Positions 18,091 to 26,752 are shown, counted from the first letter of the stretch. The stretch: 32,000 nucleotides of DNA from Aigarchaeota archaeon (GCA_025059745.1 JANXDH010000006.1:35343-67342); one strand, 5' to 3'. A program made the numbers and translations. The notes: generated from the letters alone by a model not told the origin.

Positions 18091-19362
18091 ATGTTTCCGA
18101 CTAATACGCCACATAAGGGTCGAGATGTAGAACGTCGACTCATAGAATTAGATGCTTTTAGAGGTTTTGCCCTACTTTTAATGATACTTATGCATAACAT
18201 GTGGACGTGGGGGCCACCTAGTATTAGAGGTGGACTTTGGTCCTTAGGTGACCTGTACTTCGGAGCCTCGGCATCTATCTTCTTCGCTGCATCTGGTGCG
18301 GCAGCACATATCCACGTAAAAAAGTCCTTGAGATATGGGACACTCAAGGAGACCGTCCTATTTGCTATATCGCGCGCTGCACTACTTTACTCTATCGGTA
18401 TAGCGTTCGAGCAGATCTGGCGCCCTCCTCCTTATTCATTGACCTTTTTCGCTGAATTAAATACAATTGCGGCGATCTCGGTGATCGTTCTTGTTCTAAA
18501 TCTTTTTACTAAGACAACACAAGTACTCATCCTAATTTTGAGTGTGTTCTCTTATTTTCTACTGAGGTATGTTATCGTGCTTACTTCGTTGGGTGGTGGA
18601 GAATATGCATTTGTTCCATGGCTAACTGACAAACCGATTATCCAATTTAACACAGGTCACTTACTTTTTCAAGTCGCGCTAGAGTTTTGCTATTCAACTT
18701 TAATGTGGGGAAGCTATGGTGTTTTAGGAGCACTCCTTATTGCGTTTCACTTAACTAGTCACCAGATAGCCCGTAGAGTAGGAGCTGGTGGGTTAGCGTT
18801 AATGTTATTAGGTTACATTCTCCACGTACATTTTTTATCTCCATTCCAAAAGTGGCCGATGTCGATCAGCTATTTCTTCTTTGCAACGGGGTTCACCATG
18901 TTCGTTTTCTGGTCTTCAACGCTTATAGCTTCAAGCAGGTTCACCAGGTTCTCAGTTATCCTTTCTGCATTAGGGCGGAACACTCTTAGCTTCTATTTTT
19001 CTCATTATTTTATATTATGGTTCACAGAATTAATAGGATTCGTTAACCTAGTTTGGAGTATCCCAACCTCTATCGTAGGCTACTGGGTTTCTGCAATTTT
19101 AGCTGTGACGGTGTTGACGTTTACTGTGCTTGCGTACGTTTTTCGTAATTTCAATTTAATCAAGTCATCTAGGTTAAAACGATTACCTAATTGGACGTGT
19201 TTTCTTATTGCCATATCGGTTTCTATAATGATCGTATTGTACGTAGATTACGGTCAAACCATTACGAATGCCCTAGGGGTGTCTAACGAGTATCAGTATT
19301 TTCTTATAGATGTGGTGATAACGACTATATGGTACATGATCTTTCGCATTTTAAGAGTTTAA
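18091..19362 (+). CDS. Integral-membrane acyltransferase, DUF1624 / heparan-alpha-glucosaminide N-acetyltransferase-like
   Basis: N-terminal signature LDAFRGFALLLMILMH followed by about 10 TM helices. Confidence 0.7.
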   Translation: MFPTNTPHKGRDVERRLIELDAFRGFALLLMILMHNMWTWGPPSIRGGLWSLGDLYFGASASIFFAASGAAAHIHVKKSLRYGTLKETVLFAISRAALLYSIGIAFEQIWRPPPYSLTFFAELNTIAAISVIVLVLNLFTKTTQVLILILSVFSYFLLRYVIVLTSLGGGEYAFVPWLTDKPIIQFNTGHLLFQVALEFCYSTLMWGSYGVLGALLIAFHLTSHQIARRVGAGGLALMLLGYILHVHFLSPFQKWPMSISYFFFATGFTMFVFWSSTLIASSRFTRFSVILSALGRNTLSFYFSHYFILWFTELIGFVNLVWSIPTSIVGYWVSAILAVTVLTFTVLAYVFRNFNLIKSSRLKRLPNWTCFLIAISVSIMIVLYVDYGQTITNALGVSNEYQYFLIDVVITTIWYMIFRILRV

Positions 19363-19381
19363 CAGTAAAAGTGATTCGTGA

Positions 19382-19387
19382 TTTTTT
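19382..19387 (+). terminator. Oligo-T tract after the acyltransferase gene
   Basis: A T6 run 20 nt after the stop at 19360-19362, within TTTTTTGACAAAAAA (a T6/A6 inverted repeat). Confidence 0.4.
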
Positions 19388-19832
19388 GACAAAAAACTCG
19401 AGATTTATCCTTCTTGAGTGATAGAATAAGCGCGTAACATACTGACACCACACATACCGCCGGTCTCTATTCGGGGTGGTAAAGTATTGAGTTTCGGTAA
19501 CGTTCGTTTATGGAACCATCGTCTATTGTCACCCTGACCTCGAGCCTAAGCGCCTTCTCAGGGCATTGTTTGAAACCGCTTGGTGAATACTATGGTGTAA
19601 TACACTTTCTCCTCTGAAGAGCTATGACGAGGAATCAATTCGGGTCCCTGTCTTTGATACTTAACTTGTTTTGGATACCATACTATTGCGATCGAAGAAA
19701 TACGCTAGGTTTATGTTTCTGATACACATTATAAGTACTTTGAGTGAAGTAAGACATTGTTTTAAAATTCAACCCCCCAATTCTTACAAAAATATACTTA
19801 AATTTCAGTATATTAAAATAAGCACATTAGCT

Positions 19833-20951
19833 ATGATCGCATGGTCTTATCCCGATATTGGTGAAGTGGAGCATCAAAAAATTATGGAAGTCATAAAAAG
19901 CGGTTGGTTGAGTCAAGGATCCATAACCAAACAATTTGAAGATGCTTTACGTGAAACCATAGGGGTTAATCACGCTATTGTAGTAAATAGTGGTACATCC
20001 GCTCTGATTGCTGCGTTATTGGCACACGAAATAGGACAGAGAGACGAGGTCATAGTGCCAACTTACACTTTCGCCGCAACGTGTAATGCCGTGTTGAGTG
20101 TTGGCGCTAAACCAGTTTTTGCTGACTGTGACCCGCATACGTTCAACGTATCACAAGAAACAATAAGAAAAGTCATCACAAGCAAAACTAAAGCGTGTCT
20201 TATAGTTGATGTAGGAGGGATGCCATGTGACTTGGATGGCATTAAAAAATTGTTAGAAAAAAATAACATCATCCTCATCGAAGATGCTGCTCAGGCTTTT
20301 GGCGCGATGTACAAAGACAAAAGGATTGGTTCATTCGATCATACCACCATCTTTAGTTTCCATATGGCCAAAATTATTACTACGGTTGAAGGGGGTTGTG
20401 TTGTTACAAATGACGATGAATTAGCCAATAAATTACGTCTAATTCGAAACCACGGAATGACAAGACCGTATGAACACGTCAATTATGGACTCAATTTTAG
20501 AATAACAGACATTCAATCAGCTATTGGTTTAGCTCAACTAGGCAAACTTTCGTCGTTTCTAAAACGTAGAGCCACCATTTCTGAAATCTACAAGAAAAAT
20601 CTTAAAAGTGTCGTCGACTTTCAGTTTGTACCCGATTATGTCACTCTTCACCCTTATTTCTTGTTTTTCATACTAGCACGAACGGAGGCACAGAGAGAGT
20701 TGATAGAGGCCGAGTTCCTCAGAAGTCGAATAGATTTTCGCAGATGCTGGAAGCCCTTGCATTTACAGCCCTACTATCAAAAAAATGTCAATTCTGTTCA
20801 CTACCCGAGTGCTGAGGATTTGTACAAAAGGTCACTGACCTTGCCGATTGGAAACGCTATGTCACTTGAAAACGCAAATCTTGTTATAGATGCTGTACTT
20901 CGAGCTTGCTTAGAGCGTGATAAGGTATGGGAAACAGCACTGGGGGGATAA
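19833..20951 (+). CDS. DegT/DnrJ/EryC1-family PLP-dependent sugar aminotransferase
   Basis: The family-typical N-terminus begins at ATG 19833 (MIAWSYPDIGEVEHQKIMEVIKSGWLSQG). It has NSGTSAL, EDAAQAFGA, and the PLP lysine in FSFHMAKIITTVEGG. The tracked 54-codon upstream extension is AT-rich promoter-like sequence. Confidence 0.85.
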   Translation: MIAWSYPDIGEVEHQKIMEVIKSGWLSQGSITKQFEDALRETIGVNHAIVVNSGTSALIAALLAHEIGQRDEVIVPTYTFAATCNAVLSVGAKPVFADCDPHTFNVSQETIRKVITSKTKACLIVDVGGMPCDLDGIKKLLEKNNIILIEDAAQAFGAMYKDKRIGSFDHTTIFSFHMAKIITTVEGGCVVTNDDELANKLRLIRNHGMTRPYEHVNYGLNFRITDIQSAIGLAQLGKLSSFLKRRATISEIYKKNLKSVVDFQFVPDYVTLHPYFLFFILARTEAQRELIEAEFLRSRIDFRRCWKPLHLQPYYQKNVNSVHYPSAEDLYKRSLTLPIGNAMSLENANLVIDAVLRACLERDKVWETALGG

Positions 20952-21823
20952 TAGTTACAGGTAGCAGAGGTTTCATAGGTACCAAATTAATTACAGAGTT
21001 AAAGAAAAGGTATGAAGTCTTTGAGTTTGATGTTTCATTAGACCCCTCTATGGATATCCTAAATCGAGAGTTTGTTAAAACATACATCGATGAGGTAAAG
21101 CCTGACACCATTATACATCTCGCTGGTAACCCAAGCGTTAAGTATTCTGACATCAACCCGGTAGATGACCTCGTAGTCAATACTATTGGAACGCTCAATT
21201 TGTTAACAGCCCTGAATAAAAATAATTCTCGATGTCACTTTATATTCGCGTCGACGGCTCAGATATATGGAGAGCCCGTCGATTTACCGGTCAGCGAAGA
21301 GCACGTAACAGAACCGATCACCAATTATGGGGTATCCAAACTTGCGTGTGAAAAATACGTGAAGAATTTTGGGTCGCGCGGAGTAATCAAATACACAATT
21401 TTCAGAATATTCAATGTTTACGGACCTGGACAGAGACCGGGTTTCGTTATACCAGACCTCATACATAAAATCAAGCAGTTGAATTATGAAGAACCACTAC
21501 CGTTATATGCCTCTGAGCAAACATCTAGAGATTTTATTTTCGTGAACGATGTCGTAAAAATTTTTACCAAAGCAGTAGAATTGGGAGGCCAAAATAAAGT
21601 ATTCAATGTATGCTACGGAAAAGAGATCAGAATCATTGATCTTGCCCGACAGATACTTAAGATATTAGGCAAGGAAAGCAACAAGATCGTCCTGAAAGAT
21701 ACATCGAATTCTAAAGGAGTCGAAAGATTGGTCGGCGACCCCACCAAGATGCAAAGATTTTTTGATATAAAATTGACAGATTTTCAACATGGAATAGAGG
21801 AAACTGTAAAAAGTTACGATTAA
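20927..21823 (+). CDS. NAD-dependent sugar epimerase/dehydratase (extended SDR)
   Basis: IIVTGSRGFIGTKL glycine-rich loop, ASTAQIYG, and a YGVSKLACEKY YxxxK motif. It overlaps the aminotransferase gene by 25 nt. Confidence 0.8.
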   Translation: MGNSTGGIIVTGSRGFIGTKLITELKKRYEVFEFDVSLDPSMDILNREFVKTYIDEVKPDTIIHLAGNPSVKYSDINPVDDLVVNTIGTLNLLTALNKNNSRCHFIFASTAQIYGEPVDLPVSEEHVTEPITNYGVSKLACEKYVKNFGSRGVIKYTIFRIFNVYGPGQRPGFVIPDLIHKIKQLNYEEPLPLYASEQTSRDFIFVNDVVKIFTKAVELGGQNKVFNVCYGKEIRIIDLARQILKILGKESNKIVLKDTSNSKGVERLVGDPTKMQRFFDIKLTDFQHGIEETVKSYD

Positions 21824-22014
21824 GTTATAAACGTTTGTAGCATCTTGAGTCCTCAACTCTCCTCAAGAGCACTAGCCGTATTCAAAGACAAATCGCCTTC
21901 ACATCTACGTCGATCAAGGCAGCTGATTTGGATTCGTTAGCGGGCAGTCTTAGATCTCACTTACTCTTTTAATTAGAGGAAGTCCTATAGTTAAGATAAG
22001 GTAAAAGTAGGAAA

Positions 22015-23421
22015 ATGCTCGGTTTTCTATTAATGTCCGAGCAAGCCTCAGGGTCCTCCGACTTGGTTAGGGGAGGTTTCATCTTATTTTTAGATAATAT
22101 CATTTTGACCTTGGGAGGGTGGGTCTTCTGGCTGACCGTCTCTATGTTTACCTCCCCAGATGAGGTCGGTTTTGCTACTACGGCGCTCAGTATTGCGAAT
22201 CTCATAGGGGGCCTCCTTGGATTAGGGCTAGAATACCCCTTGATGAGGGAACTCGCCATAGGACGGCGTTCAGCCTTCGGAACCATACTCGCGTTTGAGA
22301 TGTTAATACTCCTCTCGCTCTCGCCCGTCATGTACTTCATCGGAGTCTACATTTACGGTACCGGCTACTCGCCATACATGACCCTCGGAGTAGGTCTTCT
22401 CTTATTCTCGGGCTTAGCGTTCGTAGGAAAGTTTTCAGCGCTCGCAATCTTAGAGACAAGATATGTGGTTCTCTATGACGTTCTTGCAATCATTATGAGG
22501 TTCGTCGTTGGAGTAGTACTGGTAGTGGCTAGCTATGGAGGGCTTGGCATAGTCGCAGCGAGCCTGGTTCAGGCCTCTATAGTGGGGATGGCGCTCACTC
22601 TTTTATGTATCTCCAGGATAGGGTTCGCAAAAGTTTACCCAAAAGAACTCATTCATTTATTGAAGATAGGAATTGGGAACTTCCCGAGCAGGCTCGTAGG
22701 CATCATGACGAACAACCTAAGCATAGTGTTTCTGGCAGTCTTCACATCGAATCCCGTCGAAGTAGGCCTCTTCTTCATAGCCATTGCCATTAGTTTCGTA
22801 GCAGCGGGGTTTGCAAGTAGCTTAGCGACTATGGCGCTCCCGGTCTCAAGTATGATGAGGACCGATGCCTCCACGGCTAGCTTAAGACTCGGATTAGCCG
22901 TGACGAGCCCACTACTTGCGGCCATATTCGCCTCACCCGGGGTTCCACTGTCGCTCATCAGTCCCTCATATATCGAGGCATCGGAGACTCTCAGAATACT
23001 AGCTTTAGCCATGCTACTCATCGTAGTAGTCACAAACGTTATCACACGTCTCAATCACCTCCAGAAGCTGAAACAACTCACCGCATTAGGCCTCGTCCAC
23101 TTATCAACGTTCCTCGTCCTCTTCCCCATCCTAACCGTATATATGGGGGCGATAGGTGCACCCATAGTGATTCTACTCTCCTCAGCGGCAGCAACCATAT
23201 ATTCACTGAAGTGGCTTGGCAGGAGAGACCTAAGATCTCTAGCGGTCGCACTCCTCATAATAGCGTCAACGTGGATCCTAAGCATCGCTGCCTCGTCACT
23301 TCCACCCTCGATAATCTTCGCCCTGTCCCTGACCGTGGGCGGCCTCATAAACCTCATGAGTGGAGAGCTGACACTCAGCGAGGTGATATACGTCCTCAAA
23401 ACCGTCTCCAATAGAACATAG
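22015..23421 (+). CDS. Polysaccharide/oligosaccharide flippase (Wzx-like, MOP superfamily)
   Basis: 468 aa with about 12-14 TM helices. The N-terminus (GGFILFLDNIILTLGGWVFWLTVSMFTSPDEVG) resembles polysaccharide biosynthesis (Wzx) proteins. ATG 22033 is an alternative start. Its GC content matches the core genome, unlike the genes upstream. Confidence 0.65.
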   Translation: MLGFLLMSEQASGSSDLVRGGFILFLDNIILTLGGWVFWLTVSMFTSPDEVGFATTALSIANLIGGLLGLGLEYPLMRELAIGRRSAFGTILAFEMLILLSLSPVMYFIGVYIYGTGYSPYMTLGVGLLLFSGLAFVGKFSALAILETRYVVLYDVLAIIMRFVVGVVLVVASYGGLGIVAASLVQASIVGMALTLLCISRIGFAKVYPKELIHLLKIGIGNFPSRLVGIMTNNLSIVFLAVFTSNPVEVGLFFIAIAISFVAAGFASSLATMALPVSSMMRTDASTASLRLGLAVTSPLLAAIFASPGVPLSLISPSYIEASETLRILALAMLLIVVVTNVITRLNHLQKLKQLTALGLVHLSTFLVLFPILTVYMGAIGAPIVILLSSAAATIYSLKWLGRRDLRSLAVALLIIASTWILSIAASSLPPSIIFALSLTVGGLINLMSGELTLSEVIYVLKTVSNRT

Positions 23422-23603
23422 CTATCTTAAAGTTGACGCGTTCGAGGTCTGAGGTTTTAAAACACGAATTTCAGGAGTTAGGAGTGAGAACAGGGTTGAG
23501 GGATGAGTGAGGCATTGTAAACAACTATGAGACCTCTTAACTCCGTTTAAGTTAATAACTGTAAGAGTGAGTTAGGGCACTGAGACACACACTAAAGATT
23601 GAT

Positions 23604-23696
23604 AGCCCCGGGAGGGGGTCGAACCTTATCGGCCATTCAAATGGCTCTCGACCGTCCGCTTACGAGGCGGACGCTCTACCACTGAGCTACCGGGGC
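23604..23696 (-). tRNA. tRNA-Thr (anticodon CGU) with a 21-nt non-canonical intron in the T-stem (plus-strand 23626-23646)
   Basis: Folded by hand. Acceptor GCCCCGG/CCGGGGC, U8 A9, D-arm GCTC-AGTGGTA-GAGC, anticodon arm TCCGC-CTCGTAA-GCGGA, variable loop CGGTC. The T-stem GAG|GG pairs with CCCTC only after AGCCATTTGAATGGCCGATAA is removed. T-loop TTCGACC, discriminator U, and no encoded CCA. Confidence 0.85.
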
Positions 23697-23716
23697 TACT
23701 CATTATCCTTGCGGGG

Positions 23717-23730
23717 AAAAATATATATTT
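23717..23730 (-). promoter_or_regulatory. TATA box for the tRNA-Thr gene
   Basis: AAATATATATTTTT on the minus strand, centred about 27 nt upstream of the mature tRNA 5' end (23696). Confidence 0.5.
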
Positions 23731-23792
23731 CAACTAAAACCCGAATACTTTGGAAAGACTTAATAGAATCTCTAAAGTTTTCTTGATCGATA

Positions 23793-24191
23793 ATGTCAAT
23801 AACCGATGAGATAGACCTCATATTAGACCACTATCGTAACCCGAGAAATTTCGGAGAGATAAGCGACGCTCATGTGAAGCACAAGGACTCGAACCCGCTC
23901 TGCGGCGACGTTGTGGAGCTTTACCTGAAACTAGATGGCGATCGCGTGGTCGACGTAAAGTTCAAAGGGAAAGGTTGTGCGATCAGTCAGGCATCGGCCT
24001 CCATGCTCACGGAGCGCCTCTTCAATAAGACCTTAGATGAGGTCGTCAAGCTCACTAAGGCCGACATCCTAGACATGCTAAAGATAGAGCTAAGCCCAGT
24101 TAGGCTCAAGTGCGCTCTCCTGAGCCTCAAGGTATTGAAAGGTGGGGTTTACTCTTACCTCGGCAGGAAGTTAGAGGACCTCGAGGAGTGA
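23793..24191 (+). CDS. Fe-S cluster assembly scaffold/sulfur acceptor, NifU N-terminal (IscU/SufU-like)
   Basis: HYRNPRNFG, NPLCGD and GKGCAISQASASM motifs, giving the three conserved Cys positions of the U-type scaffold. Confidence 0.8.
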   Translation: MSITDEIDLILDHYRNPRNFGEISDAHVKHKDSNPLCGDVVELYLKLDGDRVVDVKFKGKGCAISQASASMLTERLFNKTLDEVVKLTKADILDMLKIELSPVRLKCALLSLKVLKGGVYSYLGRKLEDLEE

Positions 24192-24242
24192 CTTCAAGAC
24201 CGTTTTAAGTATTTTTATGAGGAGACGGAACAATTTAATGGA

Positions 24243-25568
24243 TTGAATTTAGCGCAGGGCATAAGGTCCGCGATAGCGAGGCTGATCAGCTCCCCGGTAC
24301 CGGACAGGCAGACCATAGAGGAGGTCATAAGGGGCATCCAGAGGGCGCTGCTCTTGGCCGATGTGAGGGCGGATCTCGTCAAGAGTTTCTCCGATAACAT
24401 AAGGGAGAGGACGTTCAACGTCGAGTTACCTAGGGGCATCTCGAGGCGCGACCACATACTGAAGATAGTCTACGATGAGCTGGTGAGGCTGTTAGGTGGG
24501 GAAAGGAAGGAACTGAGGGTCTCGAGGACCCCGTTCGTGATAATGATGGTCGGTATACAGGGGACGGGGAAGACGACCAGTACCGCGAAGCTGGCCAACT
24601 ACTTCGCGAAGTCCGGTTACAGAGTGGGGGTGGTGGTCGTCGACGTCTACAGGCCTGCAGCGCTCCACCAGGCCAGACAGCTACTGGAGGGCAGAGGGAT
24701 CTTTGTCTACGGTGAGGAGGACGGACAGGACCCGGTCCAGATCGCCAAGAGGGGGCTGAAGTACATGAGTGAACAGAAGGTCGACGTCGTGATAGTCGAT
24801 ACTGCGGGGAGACACAAGGAGCAACAGGGACTGATGCTGGAGATGAACGAGCTATATGAGGCGATAAGGCCTGACTCCGTAGGATTGATAGTTGACGCTA
24901 CAATCGGTCAGCAGGCCGGACAGCAGGCCGAGGCCTTTCACAGGGTGTCACCTGTTGGATGGATAATGCTCACCAAAATGGACACCTCTGCTAGGGGTGG
25001 GGGTGCTCTCGCGGCAGTCAACGTGACAGGGGCTCCCATACTCTTCATCGGTACGGGTGAGAAGATTGAGGACTTGGAGAGGTTCGATCCTAAGTCTTAC
25101 GTCTCCCGGCTCTTAGGGCTCCCTGACTTAGAGAGCATCGTCGAGAGGGTGAGGCTTGCAGAGGTGAGGGTATCAGAGGAAGAGGTCAAGTCGCTCATGA
25201 TGGGTAAATTCACCATTGAGGACCTCATAAAGCAGCTCAGGGAGGTGAGGAAGATGGGAAAGTTAGAGAAGATACTCGAGATGTTGCCGATACCTAAACC
25301 TGCAGCTGTGAAGCAATTTGATCAACGCGCGTTTGAGGATCAACTGAAGAGGTGGGAGGCGATAGTGTTCTCCATGACTAAGGAGGAGAGGGCAGATCCT
25401 AGCCTGATTGACTCGTCAAGGGTGAGGAGGATCGCTCGGGGCGCTGGGGTGAGCGAGAAGGACGTCAAAGTGCTATTGAAGCAATATCAGGACGCTAAGA
25501 AGGCCATGAAGAGCATCAAGCGACTGCAACACAGGTTCGCGGTGGGGAGCGTAGGAGGAAGGTCATGA
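24243..25568 (+). CDS. srp54: Signal recognition particle protein SRP54
   Basis: N domain plus GTPase motifs [20 protein letters not shown] and TKMD, and a C-terminal Met/Lys-rich M domain. TTG start, because the ATG at 24238 runs straight into a TGA. Confidence 0.9.
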   Translation: MNLAQGIRSAIARLISSPVPDRQTIEEVIRGIQRALLLADVRADLVKSFSDNIRERTFNVELPRGISRRDHILKIVYDELVRLLGGERKELRVSRTPFVIMMVGIQGTGKTTSTAKLANYFAKSGYRVGVVVVDVYRPAALHQARQLLEGRGIFVYGEEDGQDPVQIAKRGLKYMSEQKVDVVIVDTAGRHKEQQGLMLEMNELYEAIRPDSVGLIVDATIGQQAGQQAEAFHRVSPVGWIMLTKMDTSARGGGALAAVNVTGAPILFIGTGEKIEDLERFDPKSYVSRLLGLPDLESIVERVRLAEVRVSEEEVKSLMMGKFTIEDLIKQLREVRKMGKLEKILEMLPIPKPAAVKQFDQRAFEDQLKRWEAIVFSMTKEERADPSLIDSSRVRRIARGAGVSEKDVKVLLKQYQDAKKAMKSIKRLQHRFAVGSVGGRS

Positions 25569-26752
25569 GTGTTGAGAGCGAGATCCTGAGGAAGTACAGC
25601 CTGTGTGAGAGGTGTCTCAACAGACTCATCACCGGCCGATCCGGAGGTGATCTGGGAGGTGCCGGTCCTCAGGTGAACACGCGCCAAGGGAATATCTGCG
25701 TGCTGTGTCGTGATAGACTAAACGATGAGGTCATGGAAGAGGTGGTTGAGAGGGCTCTAAGGGTGTTGGAGTACTTTGAGTTCGAGACGTTTGTGGTCGG
25801 CGCGCTGGTCCCGAAGTACATCAAAGCGATCGAGGAGCAGCTCATCTCTGAGTTCGAATTGACCCGTGCAGAGAGCGTCAAGAAAGCTATCGTGCGGTCA
25901 ATCGGGCGAAGGATCTCAGAGGTCTTGAACCGTCCCGTCAAGTTCATCAACCCCGATTTGGTGATTCACGTCGACATATACACGGGCAACGTATACGTTC
26001 AGCCTTCCCACGTCTACATCTACGGCCGCTACCTGAAGAAGAGCGGAGGCATCTCTCACACCCCACTCTACTGCTGGAAGTGCTGGGGTAGCGGGTGCGA
26101 GGTCTGCGGTTATAAGGGAAGGTTCCTTGAGCGATCGGTAGCGGAGATGGTGGGATTACCGGCGCAGAGGCTCCTGGGAGCTCTGGGCTACAAGTTCCAC
26201 GCGGCAGGTAGAGAGGACGTTGATGCGAGAGTAGAGGGCGAGGGTAGACCGTTCATAGTCGAGCTGATATCCCCTCGGTACCGGAGATTGGATACGGTGC
26301 TGTACGCTGAGGAAGTGAGGACTTTGAGTGGGGGCGATGTTGAGGTGAAGGACGTGGTCGTCTCAAACCGATCGTCACTGAGGGTGTTGAAAGAGCGTTA
26401 TGAGAGGTCGACTAAGCATTATTCAGTGGTGGTCGAGTTCGATAGAGAGATAGATGATGAGGCCCTCAGCAGACTGATATCTACCCTGAGTGGGAGCGTT
26501 GTGGAACAGAGGACTCCGATGAGGGTGTTGAGGAGGCGCCCCGATAGGATCAGACACAAGAGGGTTCACGGTCTATCGGTCAGGAGGGTCGGTCAGAATC
26601 AGCTAGAGTTCGATGTGGTATGCGATGCGGGCCTCTACGTCAAGGAGCTTATACACGGAGACAACGGCAGAACCGTACCATCGGTGAGCGAGATCTTGGG
26701 CACCAAACCACTGAGGATAGAGCTGACGGTCATAGGTCTGAGGGGAGAATGA
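25565..26752 (+). CDS. pus10: tRNA pseudouridine synthase Pus10 (psi54/psi55)
   Basis: N-terminal Zn-ribbon cysteines (CERC...CVLC), a second Cys cluster (CWKCWGSGCEVCGYKGR), and the catalytic block AGREDVDARVEGEGRPFIVE. Its start overlaps the srp54 stop by 4 nt. Confidence 0.85.
   Translation: MSVESEILRKYSLCERCLNRLITGRSGGDLGGAGPQVNTRQGNICVLCRDRLNDEVMEEVVERALRVLEYFEFETFVVGALVPKYIKAIEEQLISEFELTRAESVKKAIVRSIGRRISEVLNRPVKFINPDLVIHVDIYTGNVYVQPSHVYIYGRYLKKSGGISHTPLYCWKCWGSGCEVCGYKGRFLERSVAEMVGLPAQRLLGALGYKFHAAGREDVDARVEGEGRPFIVELISPRYRRLDTVLYAEEVRTLSGGDVEVKDVVVSNRSSLRVLKERYERSTKHYSVVVEFDREIDDEALSRLISTLSGSVVEQRTPMRVLRRRPDRIRHKRVHGLSVRRVGQNQLEFDVVCDAGLYVKELIHGDNGRTVPSVSEILGTKPLRIELTVIGLRGE

Noticed and set aside
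19671-19832. 54-codon N-terminal extension of the aminotransferase ORF (tracked TTG start at 19671)
   Set aside because: DegT-family similarity begins at ATG 19833. The extension is AT-rich, contains TATA-like elements (19788-19820), and encodes atypical sequence.
21969-23414. Several ORFs on both strands: 21969..22340(-), 22653..23054(-), 23055..23411(-), 22605..22793(+) and 23211..23414(+)
   Set aside because: All lie inside or antisense to the 468-aa flippase ORF. That ORF has a coherent pattern of 12-14 TM helices, whereas these are charged, low-complexity alternative-frame products of a GC-rich gene.
23422-23603. Purine-rich spacer with recurring GTGAG/GAGTTAGG motifs between the flippase gene and the tRNA, considered as a C/D-box sRNA or an integration (att) scar
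   Set aside because: The C-box-like (GATGAGTGA) and D-box-like (CTGA) elements are imperfect and about 77 nt apart, with no convincing C'/D' pair. No copy of the tRNA 3' half occurs elsewhere in the window, and no integrase is present.
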